Positions 38,683 through 49,600 of a DNA stretch of 64,000 nucleotides are shown here, in pieces. Below the pieces are notes generated by a model, which made no database searches, was not told the DNA's origin, and saw only the letters and a program-made list of their open reading frames with translations. Source of the stretch: an uncultured Candidatus Binatia bacterium (GTDB lineage Bacteria; Desulfobacterota; Binatia; UBA9968; JAJDTQ01). The stretch covers positions 128,001 through 192,000 of the forward strand of contig OZ243916.1 of assembly GCA_965213675.1 (NCBI GenBank). The letters run 5' to 3'. The stretch's first letter is position 1, and every line of letters begins with the position of its first letter. Made by a program: the position numbers and the translations under genes.

Positions 38683-39280
38683 TCATTCGTCGTCGAGCAT
38701 GTCTATGCGTTGTATGATGTTGGGGTTGCCGCCTTCGCGAAGGATGAAGCCTTTCAGGTCGCGGATTATATCAGCGTTAGCGTGAAAACGCTTGGCCGCA
38801 CGCGATAACGGACGAGTCGTTCCGTGGTAAGGAGGGGCCGACTGTTCGATGCGCCTAGCGAGGTCAACGTTGCGTTCCCCGGCCGTATCCAGTGCGGCCA
38901 GAAGCCGTCCTGCGGCCGGCTCGTGATCCGGGTCGAGGAAGCCCGGGCGCGCCTCGCGGTGCCTCAGAAGCGCCGCCAGCATCCGTAGCGCAGTCTTGAA
39001 CCGTACTTTGTAACATCTTGCGGGACCCCTCCTGTTCTCATCTTGGAGAGTCTCCACGGTCGCTTCCACGATATGCTCAGCGAGCGAGGGGTTGAGGTTG
39101 ACAGCCGCCTTGTCCGAAGTGCCCAGAACCCGGGCCAAGCCCGCGCGGTCCGGCGATATCATCCGTTTCCTGCGTCTGAGTCGTTGTTCCAACCCCGCGA
39201 AATACCGTCTCAACTGGTTCTCTCCCTCGACAACGCGCGCCACACCTTCGCACAAGAGCGTGGCGTTGATGTCGTAGGAG
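38683..39280 (-). pseudogene. 3' remnant of an unknown helical protein (possibly the C-terminus of a large Hsp70-family accessory protein), cut at the palindrome
   Basis: Open frame runs from the palindrome edge to a natural-looking end GGNPNIIQRIDMLDDE; visibly lower GC than the flanking genes. Confidence 0.55.
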
Positions 39281-39381
39281 TGAGGTGGTCCCGGAAAAAC
39301 GGACAGGTTGTTAAGGTGTATCCCTCCCTCAGTCGGTGGGATACACCTTAACAACCTGTCCGTTTTTCCGGGACCACCTCA
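39281..39381. mobile_element. 101-bp palindrome of two identical IS3-family-like ends (TG...CA)
   Basis: 44-bp perfect inverted repeat TGAGGTGGTCCCGGAAAAACGGACAGGTTGTTAAGGTGTATCCC with a 13-nt spacer; no target duplication. Confidence 0.75.
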
Positions 39382-39613
39382 GAAACTCGGTGGGCTTGCC
39401 GACAAATCGCCGAAGAGCCTGATGCGTATGTTCGGCCCTGGAGGCAAACCCCGAGCCCGTGCTCTGTGTGAGATCATCGACCAGCTTCAGAAGCATAAGG
39501 GGTTTGAAGGTTCAAACAATCAGATGAGGCGCAGGTGGAAGGCACCGCGGCGCCGTTGCCGGCATTACGCTCCGTTGATCCGACCTACGGGTCGCCCGAG
39601 AATCCGCCTGTGA
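39382..39613 (+). pseudogene. 3' remnant of an HTH addiction-module antitoxin/regulator
   Basis: KSPKSLMRMFGPGGKPRARALCEIIDQLQKH resembles the C-terminal half of these antitoxins; N-terminus missing. Confidence 0.65.
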
Positions 39614-39617
39614 AGTG

Positions 39618-39644
39618 GGACCCTGCGCAGAGCGGCGCAGGGTC
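39618..39644 (-). terminator. GC-rich hairpin downstream of the molybdoenzyme gene
   Basis: GGACCCTGCGC-agagcg-GCGCAGGGTCC stem; no clear U-tract. Confidence 0.4.
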
Positions 39645-39659
39645 CGGAGTGGAGTCCCG

Positions 39660-41906
39660 CTACGATTCGTTCAGGGCCGCGTATACTTTCTCCGCCGTAA
39701 GCGGGAGGTCGTAGACGCGCGCGCCGGTGGCGTCGGCCACGGCATTGGCGATGGCGGCGGCGGTGGGGACGTTGGGGAGTTCGCCGATGGCCTTGCCCTG
39801 GAAGGGGACGGGGCCTTGACCCTGGTCGACGAACACGGTGTCGAGACGGGGGATGTCCTTGGCGCAGGGGAGCTTGAAGTCGCCCAGGTTGAGGGTGGTG
39901 ATCCTGCCGTCGGACATGGGGTTGTCTTCCATGAGCGCGAAGCCCACGCCGTTGACCACGCCGCCGTCGATCTGGCCCTGGTAGGTCAGGTGGTTGATGA
40001 TGCGGCCGGAGTCGTGGGCGGTGGTCATGCGCGTGACCTTCACCTGGCCGGTCTCCGGGTCCACCTCGACCTCGGCGACCTGGGCCGCGAACGAAGTGAT
40101 GGGCGGTTGGCCGTCGGGGGCGAAGAGGGTGTCGTGGTGGAATGAGCCCCCGGCCTCGGCGATGGCGGCCCGGGCCACCTCGGCGAAGGACAACTCGCCG
40201 CCCTCGGGCGCGGCAAAGCGGCCGTCCACCCGGCCCACCTGATCGGGCGCGCAGCCAAGCTTCCGGGCGGCGCACTCCACGAGCTTGGCGTGGACCTCCC
40301 GGGCGGCCTTGTGGGCGGCGTGGCCGGTGGTGTTGGTGGACTTGCTGCCGCCGGTGCCGGGATCCCAGGGCGAGTTGTCGGTATCCTCCACGCGAATGCG
40401 AATGGTCTCCGGCGCGGTGCCCAGGGTCTCGCTCACGATCTGCACGATGGCGGTGTGGATGCCGGGCCCGACGTCGGGCACGCCCACCAGGACGGTGACG
40501 GCGCCGTCTTCGTCCAGATCGATGCCGGCGTTGGCGTTGCCGCCGCCGGCGCCGCGCTCGTAGAGGGCGATGCCGCGGCCGCGGTTGGGTCCGGGCGGGC
40601 TGGTGCGCCAACCGGAAGCCTCCACCGCCTTCTCCAGCGTTTCCCTGGCCAGGATGCCGTCCCACTTGGCGCCCAGCGGCGAGGTGTCGCCGGGAACCAC
40701 CAGGTTGCGCATGCGGAAGGCCACCGGGTCGAGACCCATCTCCCTGGCGATGTGGCCCATCTGGGATTCCACCGCGAACACGATCTGCGGGCTTCCCGGC
40801 GTGCGCGTCTGGGTGCATGGCACCTGATTGGTGTAGGCGCACACGGTTTCGATGCGCACGGCCGGAATCCGGTAGTAGCTGCCCAGCCGCTTGGCCCCCA
40901 TCACCGTGATCTCGGGGTTGGCCTTCCACGCCGCGTAGGCGCCGCCGGCGAACGTCACCTTGCCCTCGATGGCCGTGAGGGTGCCGTCGTTCTTGACCCC
41001 GGTGCGCAGGGTGACCACCGCCGGATGGCGGTGGGCGGCGGTGGCGATCTCCTCGGTGTAAGTGAGCACCATGCGCACCGGCCGGCCCGTAGCCTTGGCC
41101 AGATAATAACAAACCGGCGTGTCGATCATGGATGCCTTGCCGCCGAAGTCGCCGCCCACGGAAAGGATGTGAACGTTGACCTTTTCGGGCTCCAGGCCCA
41201 GGTCCGCGCACAGCCGGTTCTTGAGCGCGAACGGTCCCTTGTTGGAGGCCCACACCTCGACGTTGCCGGAAGCATCCACCGCCACGGTGCAGGCGTGGGG
41301 CTCCAGGTAGCCGTGGTGCGCCAGTTGCGTCGCGAAGGTGTTTTCGAACACGCGGTCGGCGGCGGCGAAACCGGCGGCGAGGTCGCCGTTCCGCCACACG
41401 CTGTGGGACTGGAGGTTGGGGCGGTCGGGGTCCACGCCCTCCGCCAGCGGCGGCGCGTTCTTGTACGCCCGCGGCGCGTCGTGCAGGGCCGCGGCGCCGG
41501 GCTTCACCGCTTCCAGCGGATCATACACCCCGGGCAACTCCTCGTAGTCCACCTCGATGAGACGCAGCGCCTCGTCGGCGATCTCGGGAGTATCCGCGGC
41601 CACCGCGGCCACGGGGTCGCTCACGAACCGCACCTTGTCCCGGGCCAGCACCGGCATGTCCTTCATGCGCAGGCCCACGTACACCTCCGGCAGGTCGGCG
41701 CCCGTCAGCACCGCGTGGACCCCGGGCAGCGCCCTGGCCTGGCTGGTGTCGATGCGGCGAATGCGCGCGTGGGGCAGTGGGCTGCGCAACACCTTGGCGC
41801 AAAGGGAATCGGGTATCGGCAGGTCCGCGGCGTAGCGCGTGGCGCCGGTGACTTTTTCTGCGCCTTCGACGCGGGGCATGGATATTCCGACTGTCTGAAA
41901 GGCCAA
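39660..41906 (-). CDS. Xanthine dehydrogenase family molybdopterin-binding large subunit
   Basis: KVTGATRYAAD, RSPLPHARI, YLEPH, GGDFGGK, GQIDGG, KAIGELP. Confidence 0.95.
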   Translation of the reverse strand: MAFQTVGISMPRVEGAEKVTGATRYAADLPIPDSLCAKVLRSPLPHARIRRIDTSQARALPGVHAVLTGADLPEVYVGLRMKDMPVLARDKVRFVSDPVAAVAADTPEIADEALRLIEVDYEELPGVYDPLEAVKPGAAALHDAPRAYKNAPPLAEGVDPDRPNLQSHSVWRNGDLAAGFAAADRVFENTFATQLAHHGYLEPHACTVAVDASGNVEVWASNKGPFALKNRLCADLGLEPEKVNVHILSVGGDFGGKASMIDTPVCYYLAKATGRPVRMVLTYTEEIATAAHRHPAVVTLRTGVKNDGTLTAIEGKVTFAGGAYAAWKANPEITVMGAKRLGSYYRIPAVRIETVCAYTNQVPCTQTRTPGSPQIVFAVESQMGHIAREMGLDPVAFRMRNLVVPGDTSPLGAKWDGILARETLEKAVEASGWRTSPPGPNRGRGIALYERGAGGGNANAGIDLDEDGAVTVLVGVPDVGPGIHTAIVQIVSETLGTAPETIRIRVEDTDNSPWDPGTGGSKSTNTTGHAAHKAAREVHAKLVECAARKLGCAPDQVGRVDGRFAAPEGGELSFAEVARAAIAEAGGSFHHDTLFAPDGQPPITSFAAQVAEVEVDPETGQVKVTRMTTAHDSGRIINHLTYQGQIDGGVVNGVGFALMEDNPMSDGRITTLNLGDFKLPCAKDIPRLDTVFVDQGQGPVPFQGKAIGELPNVPTAAAIANAVADATGARVYDLPLTAEKVYAALNES

Positions 41907-42016
41907 GGTTCACCTCCGGTTGATTCGTTTTCGTGCGCCGGTCGTTGGAATTCGCTGCGCCTCCCGACGCTCAGGACGAACGGCGCTATTCGGGTGCCAG
42001 CTCCTAGTTCAAGCTC

Positions 42017-43099
42017 CTAGTTCAGTATCCGGGCCGCGTTTCCGCCCAGGATCTTGCGCTTGTTCTCTTCGGTAAGCTTGTCGCTTTCCAGAATGGGGCG
42101 GGTCACCGTGCCGGGAGGGGACGAGTCCCAGTGCGGCGTGTCCGTGGCCAGCACCATGTTGTCGTCGCCGAGCATCTCCACCGCCAATTCGAAGTGTTCG
42201 TCCTCGAACGGCTCACAGCCCACGTACACCTGCCGCATGAAGTACTCGCTGGGCTTCATCTTGAGCCACGGCACCAGATGCGGCAGCTTCTCATGGTGCT
42301 CGTCCATGCGCCCCAGCCACCACGGCATCTGCGACGCGCCGGTCTCAAGGCACACGAGGTTCAGCCTGGGAAAGCGTTCGAGCACGCCGCCGCAGATGAA
42401 CGACATCATGCACACCATGGACTCGAAGACGCGGCCCACCATGTGGGAGAAGAAGAAGTTGTCGGCGAACCGCTCCTGGCCCATGGACTCGTGCTTGGTA
42501 TCGTGGATGATGATGGGCCAGCCCAGGTTCTCCAGTTCCGCGTAGATGGGGTCGTAGCAGGGGTCCCACCACTGGCGTCCGGCCACGGGCACCGCTTTCA
42601 TGTTGAGGGCCTGATTGCCCATGTCCGCCATGCGGCGAAGCTCCTGCACCGCCAAGTCCACGTCCTGCCACGGAATGACGCCGGCCCATTGCAGCCGCTC
42701 CGGGAACTCGTTGGCGTATTGCCGCATGTAGTTGTTCTCGGCGCGGCAATAGGCCGCGGCCAGCGCCGGGTCGTCCGGGAACCACACCAAGTCCAGCGCC
42801 GGCGAGTTGGGGGACAGCACCGCCACGTCGATGGCGTCCTTGTCGAGGTTCCGCACCCGCCCCCCGGCCGCCAGGTCCTCCGCGTTGTGCCACTGGGGCT
42901 TCTCGCCGCTCTGCCGGGTCACTTCCGACTGCACCATGATGCGGGTCCCCACCAGGGTCTTGCGCCGTTCGTCCGGCGCTGTCGGCAGGGGGCGCGGAAG
43001 ATGCTCCTTCCACGCATCCTCGATGCAGTCCTTCCAGTTGGCGACGTCGCCCACCAGATGGCTGTCGAGATCGATGACCTTGGTGCCGTTGATGGCCAT
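42017..43099 (-). CDS. Amidohydrolase_2 family protein
   Basis: IDLDSH, IIH, GVLERFPRL, LETG, ATDTPHWD, ILGGNA. Confidence 0.92.
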   Translation of the reverse strand: MAINGTKVIDLDSHLVGDVANWKDCIEDAWKEHLPRPLPTAPDERRKTLVGTRIMVQSEVTRQSGEKPQWHNAEDLAAGGRVRNLDKDAIDVAVLSPNSPALDLVWFPDDPALAAAYCRAENNYMRQYANEFPERLQWAGVIPWQDVDLAVQELRRMADMGNQALNMKAVPVAGRQWWDPCYDPIYAELENLGWPIIIHDTKHESMGQERFADNFFFSHMVGRVFESMVCMMSFICGGVLERFPRLNLVCLETGASQMPWWLGRMDEHHEKLPHLVPWLKMKPSEYFMRQVYVGCEPFEDEHFELAVEMLGDDNMVLATDTPHWDSSPPGTVTRPILESDKLTEENKRKILGGNAARILN

Positions 43100-43603
43100 G
43101 GGAGTCCTCCTTTGCGGGTGGCCGCTGCCCTGTGCCGCGCGGACCGCGCGGTAGCAAGAGCGGATGGGATCGGTCCGTATACCAAGGGATTGGCTTGGGG
43201 CATACCGTCCTGGGCAAGGCCCGTGGGCGATGGGCAGCGATTCGCGGAACGGTACGCGCACCGTTGATGTTGAATAGCGTTCCTGGACGGGCAGTTCAAG
43301 GGATGGCGGACTGTCTGGTGGAGGACCCTCTGGCAACCGGAAGTCCTCTGAACCAGGGGGTTCGTGTGGGCTCGGTTCTTGACTTGTTCGCCCGTGGCGC
43401 AGCATAAACCTTCTTCCAGGACCCTTTCGGGCTTGTCGAATCGCAGCAAGAGGCAGAGAATGGCCCGGTTCGCGCGGATTCAAGGAATACGTGGGTGGCC
43501 TTGGACGAACATCCAACCACCCCTTTCCCTGCTTCGCAATTGATTCTTCATAAGCACGACAGGCTCATGACTAGGCGCCGGGAACGGACTTGCGACGGGT
43601 GCG

Positions 43604-46600
43604 GTGGGTTGTTGCGGTTCGTGGTCGGCAATGCGGGACACAGGGGGCTCGATGCCGATGAGCGGTGACGGTTCGGACACGAACTCAAGAGACACCACTG
43701 TTTCCTGTCGGCGGGGCGTATTGCCTCGTCGGTTGACGCATCGGCTGGGGGAAAGTGACCGCCCGGCGCACCGTGCCGCCGCATTCACCCCGCAGCTTCT
43801 CCGGCTGAGTCTCCCCTCGCGGTCGCCAGCGCCCAGGCGGCCCTCCGGCATGCCCATTGCCTCGACTGCCCCGGCGCCGCTCTTGCGTGTTCCAAGCGCG
43901 TCATTCTCACGGTCACGGTTCTCACTGCCACGCGCGGGTTCCGCCATCTGGGGCCTGTTCGCTGCGCTGGCCCTGCTGCTGCTCGGCCTCGCGCCCGTAG
44001 CCTCTGCGGTCGACGACGATCCGTTGTCGGCCATGCCGGAGGTATCGATCACCGCGGGGCCGGACATCACATTGGGGCGGGAGGCGGTGTTCACGTTGAC
44101 GGCGGCCCCGGCGCCATCGGCGGCGTTGGAGGTCAAGGTGGCGGTGACCGAGACCGATTCGAGCGGCGACGCGGTGGAGAGCACGCGTCGCGTGACCATC
44201 CCGGTGGGCGGAACCGTAGAGTTGCGCCTTGGCACGCCGTACAACAAGGTCGGCGATCCCGACAATCCCGGTGACGCCGACGAACCGGACCGCAGGTACA
44301 CGGCGGCACTCGTTTCCGGGGCGGGCTACGCGGTGTCGGGCGACGCCAGCCGGGCGGAGGTGTCGGTGTTTGATCCGCCAATGGTGGTGTTCCACGACGC
44401 CAAGGGCACGGAGGGGAGCGCTCTCGTATTCACGGCCAAGCTGACGAGTCCTTCGCCTGGGGGTGTGTCGGTTTTCTGGGAGACGGCTGGTTTGTGGGAG
44501 CGGGACATGGTCCGGGAGGCGGAGGCGGGTGTGGACTACGAGACCGCCAGCGGGACGCTGGACTTCGCGTTGGGTGAGGTGGAGAAGACGCTGACGGTGG
44601 AGACGTACGACAACACCCGCAACGACGTGGACAAGCTTTTCCAGGTGAGGATGACTGGCGCGAAACGGATCATGCAAAGCAGGCGATTTCCCCACGCGGT
44701 GGGCACGATCCTGGACGATGACGATCCGGGGGTGAGTGTGCATATACACGACGCGGAGGGCGCGGAGGGGAGCGTCCTGGAGTTTTCGGTGACGTTGTCG
44801 AAGCCGTCGCCTGGGGGAGTGTGGGTCACATGGGTGACGGCGGACGGGGCGGCGAAGGCGGGTGTGGATTACGAGGCGGCCAGCGGCAGGCTGGAATTTG
44901 CGTTGGGCGAGGTGAAGAAGACGCTGTCGGTGCGGACGCTGGACGACGCTCACAATGATTCGGGCGAAACGTTCCATGTGGTGCTTGACGGCACGAAGGG
45001 CGTGAGGAACCCCCGGGTCGGCGGACGCTTCCACGCCACGGGCACTATCCTCGACGACGACAACTGGCCGTCGTTCACGCCGGAGGTTTCGGTTTCCGCC
45101 GGGTCGGACGTCACAGAGGGCGGCGACGCGGTGTTCACGCTCACCGCCGACCCGCCGCCGCAGGCGCCGCTGGCGGTCGAGGTCCAGTTCAAGGCTCCGG
45201 TCGGGGAATTCACCGCGTTGGATTCCCAGCACGCGAAAGTGGAATGGGTGACGATTCCAGCGGGCGGGACGGTGCAATGGAAGGTGTCGACCGAAGACGA
45301 CGAGACCGACGAGCCGGACGGCCTGGTCTCGGCGACGCTCGTCCCCGGCGCGGGCTACACAGTGTCCGCCACCGCTCGCCTGGCCGCGGTGGCGATCACC
45401 GACGACGACGATCCGGATGACGCGGGCGTGAGCGCCACCATCCACGACGCCCAAGCCACGGAGGGGAGCGACATCGTGTTCTCCGTCACCCTGTCGGAGC
45501 CCTCGCCGGGCGGCGTGTGGATCTCTTGGGCGACCCTTGACTGGCCGACCGCCCTGGCGGACATCGACTACGAGTCCGCCAGCGGCAGGCTGGAGTTCGC
45601 TGTGGGTGAGGTGGAGAAAACCCTGTCGGTGCGGACGCTCGGCGATAACCGCCATGAGATGGACGAGGCCTTTCATGTGGTGTTTGAGAACTCGGACGGC
45701 GTGATGAGCCCTTCGGCCGGGGGGCGCTTCCACGCCGCGGGCACCATCCTCGACGACGATCCACCCGCGATCATGCCGGAGGTTTCAGTCGTTGCCGTCG
45801 CGGACGTGACCGAAGGCGGCGACGCGGTGTTTACTTTGACGGCGGACCCGGCGCCGCCGGCGCCGCTGGCGGTCGATGTCCGGATCAATGCCCCGGCCGG
45901 GGATTTCACCGGGTTGGAACCCGGCGGTGCGGCAATCGAATGGGTGATGATTCCACCGAGCGGCACGGCGCAGTGGAAGGTGCCGACCGAAAACGACGAG
46001 ACCGACGAGCCGGACGGCTTGGTTACGGCGACGCTTGTCCCCGGCGCGGGATACACGGTGTCGTCTACCGCCCGCTTGGCCGCGGTGGCGGTCTTCGACG
46101 ATGACGATCCGGAGGCTGCGGGTGTGAGCGCCACCATCCACGACGCGCAAGCCACGGAAGGGAGCGATGTCGTGTTCTCCGTCACTCTGTCCGAGCCCTC
46201 GCCGGGCGGCGTGTGGATATCCTGGTCGACTCTTGACTGGCCGACCGCAGAGGCGGGCGTCGACTACGAGTCCGCCAGCGGCAGGCTGGAGTTCGCGGCA
46301 GGCGAGGTGGAAAAAACCCTGTCGGTGCGGACGCTCGACGATGACCACAACGAGGTGGACGAGGCCTTCCATGTGGTGTTCGACAATTCGGAGGGCGTGA
46401 CGAGTCCTTCGGCGGGTGGGCGCTTTCACGCCACGGGCATCGTCATCGACGACGACGATCCGGGTGTGAGTGCCACCATCCACGACGCGCAAGGCACGGA
46501 GGGGAGCGACATCGTATTCTCCGTCACTCTGTCGGAGCCCTCGCGGGGTGACGTGTGGATCTCTTGGGCGACTTTTGATTGGTCGTCCACCGCCGAGGCG

Positions 46601-49600
46601 GGCATCGACTACGAGTTCGCCAGCGGCAGGCTGGAGTTCGCGGCAGGCGAAGTGAAGAAGACCCTGTCCGTGCGGACGCTCGACGACGACCGCCATGAGG
46701 CAGACGAAGTTTTCCATGTGGTGTTTGGCGGTACGAAGGGCGTGAGGAACGCTCAGGTCAGCGGGCGTTTCAACGCCACTGGCACCATCATTGACGACGA
46801 TCCGGTGGTGCCGGAGGTTACGATCACGGGCGGCGCGGACGTAACGGAGGGCGGCGATGCGCTGTTCACATTGAAGGCGGCCCCGGCGCCGGTGGCGGCG
46901 CTGACGGTGGAGGTTCATTTGAAGGCGCCGACGGGGGAGTTCACGGCGTTGGCGTCTGACGGGGCGAAGGTGGAGCGCGTGACGATACCGACGGGCGGGA
47001 CGGCGCAATTGAAGGTGGCGACCATCGACGACACGACGGACGAGCCTGACGGGTCGGTCAGTGCGACGCTGGTGGCGGGGGAGGGGTACACGGTGTCGGC
47101 GACGGCGGGGCAGGCTGCGGTGTCGGTACTGGACAACGATGACCCGGCGCCGGTGGTGCCGGAGGTTACGATCACGGGCGGCGCGGACGTAACGGAGGGC
47201 GGCGATGCGCTGTTCACATTGAAGGCGGCACCGGCGCCGGTGGCGGCGCTGACGGTGGAGGTTCATTTGAAGGCGCCGACGGGGGAGTTCACGGCGTTGG
47301 CGTCTGACGGGGCGAAGGTGGAGCGCGTGACGATACCGACGGGCGGGACGGCGCAATTGAAGGTGGCGACCATCGACGACACGACGGACGAGCCTGACGG
47401 GTCGGTCAGCGCGACGCTGGTGGCGGGGGATGGTTACACGGTGTCGGCGACGGCGGGGCAGGCTGCGGTGCCGGTACTGGACAACGATGACCCGGCGCCG
47501 GTGGTGCCGGAGGTTACGATCACGGGCGGCGCGGACGTAACGGAGGGCGGCGATGCGCTGTTCACATTGAAGGCGGCACCGGCGCCGGTGGCGGCGCTGA
47601 CGGTGGAGGTTCATTTGAAGGCGCCGACGGGGGAGTTCACGGCGTTGGCGTCTGACGGGGCGAAGGTGGAGCGCGTGACGATACCGACGGGCGGGACGGC
47701 GCAATTGAAGGTGGCGACCATCGACGACACGACGGACGAGCCTGACGGGTCGGTCAGCGCGACGCTGGTGGCGGGGGATGGTTACACGGTGTCGGCGACG
47801 GCGGGGCAGGCTGCGGTGTCGGTACTGGACAACGATGACCCGGCGCCGGTGGTGCCGGAGGTTACGATCACGGGCGGCGCGGACGTAACGGAGGGCGGCG
47901 ATGCGCTGTTCACATTGAAGGCGGCACCGGGGCCTGCGGCGGCGCTGACGGTGGAGGTTCATTTGAAGGCGCCGACAGGGGAGTTCACGGCGTTGGCGTC
48001 CGACGGGGCGAAGGTGGAGCGCGTGACGATACCGACGGGCGGGACGGCGCAATTGAAGGTGGCGACCATCGACGACACGACGGACGAGCCTGACGGGTCG
48101 GTCAGCGCGACGCTGGTGGCGGGGGATGGTTACACGGTGTCGGCGACGGCGGGGCAGGCTGCGGTGTCGGTACTGGACAACGATGACCCGGCGCCGGTGG
48201 TGCCGGAGGTTACGATCACGGGCGGCGCGGACGTAACGGAGGGCGGCGATGCGCTGTTCACATTGAAGGCGGCACCGGCGCCTGCGGCGGCGCTGACGGT
48301 GGAGGTTCATTTGAAGGCGCCGACGGGGGAGTTCACGGCGCTGGCGTCCGACGGGGCGAAGGTGGAGCGCGTGACGATACCGACGGGCGGGACGGCGCAA
48401 TTGAAGGTGGCGACCATCGACGACACGACGGATGAGCCTGACGGGTCGGTCAGCGCGACGCTGGTGGCGGGGGATGGTTACACGGTGTCGGCGACGGCGG
48501 GGCAGGCTGCGGTGTCGGTTCTGGACAACGATGACCCGGCGCCGGTGGTGCCGGAGGTTACGATCACGGGCGGCGCGGACGTAACGGAGGGCGGCGATGC
48601 GCTGTTCACATTGAAGGCGGCACCGGCGCCTGCGGCGGCGCTGACGGTGGAGGTTCATTTGAAGGCGCCGACGGGGGAGTTCACGGCGCTGGCGTCCGAC
48701 GGGGCGAAGGTGGAGCGCGTGACGATACCGACGGGCGGGACGGCGCAATTGAAGGTGGCGACCATCGACGACACGACGGACGAGCCTGACGGGTCGGTCA
48801 GCGCGACGCTGGTGGCGGGGGAGGGGTACACGGTGTCGGCGACGGCGGGGCAGGCTGCGGTGTCGGTTCTCGACAACGATGACCCGGCGCCGGTGGTGCC
48901 GGAGGTTACGATCACGGGCGGCGCGGACGTAACGGAGGGCGGCGATGCGCTGTTCACATTGAAGGCGGCCCCGGCGCCTGCGGCGGCGCTGACGGTGGAG
49001 GTTCATTTGAAGGCGCCGACGGGGGAGTTCACGGCGCTGGTGTCCGACGGGGCGAAGGTGGAGCGCGTGACGATACCGACGGGCGGGACGGCGCAATTGA
49101 AGGTGGCGACCATCGACGACACGACGGACGAGCCTGACGGGTCGGTCAGCGCGACGCTGGTGGCGGGGGAGGGTTACACGGTGTCGGCGACGGCGGGGCA
49201 GGCTGCGGTGTCGGTTCTCGACAACGATGACCCGGCGCCGGTGGTGCCGGAGGTTACGATCACGGGCGGCGCGGACGTAACGGAGGGCGGCGATGCGCTG
49301 TTCACATTGAAGGCGGCCCCGGCGCCTGCGGCGGCGCTGACGGTGGAGGTTCATTTGAAGGCGCCGACGGGGGAGTTCACGGCGCTGGCGTCCGACGGGG
49401 CGAAGGTGGAGCGCGTGACGATACCGACGGGCGGGACGGCGCAATTGAAGGTGGCGACCATCGACGACACGACGGACGAGCCTGACGGGTCGGTCAGCGC
49501 GACGCTGGTGGCGGGGGATGGTTACACGGTGTCGGCGACGGCGGGGCAGGCTGCGGTGTCGGTTCTCGACAACGATGACCCGGCGCCGGTGGTGCCGGAG

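Noticed and set aside
38683-39613. ORFs 38683-39354 and 39308-39613 as intact paralogues with shared N-termini
   Set aside because: The shared N-termini are simply translations of the palindrome.
39660-41906. Aerobic CO dehydrogenase CoxL
   Set aside because: Neither AYxCSFR nor AYRGAGR is present, and there are no coxMS genes.
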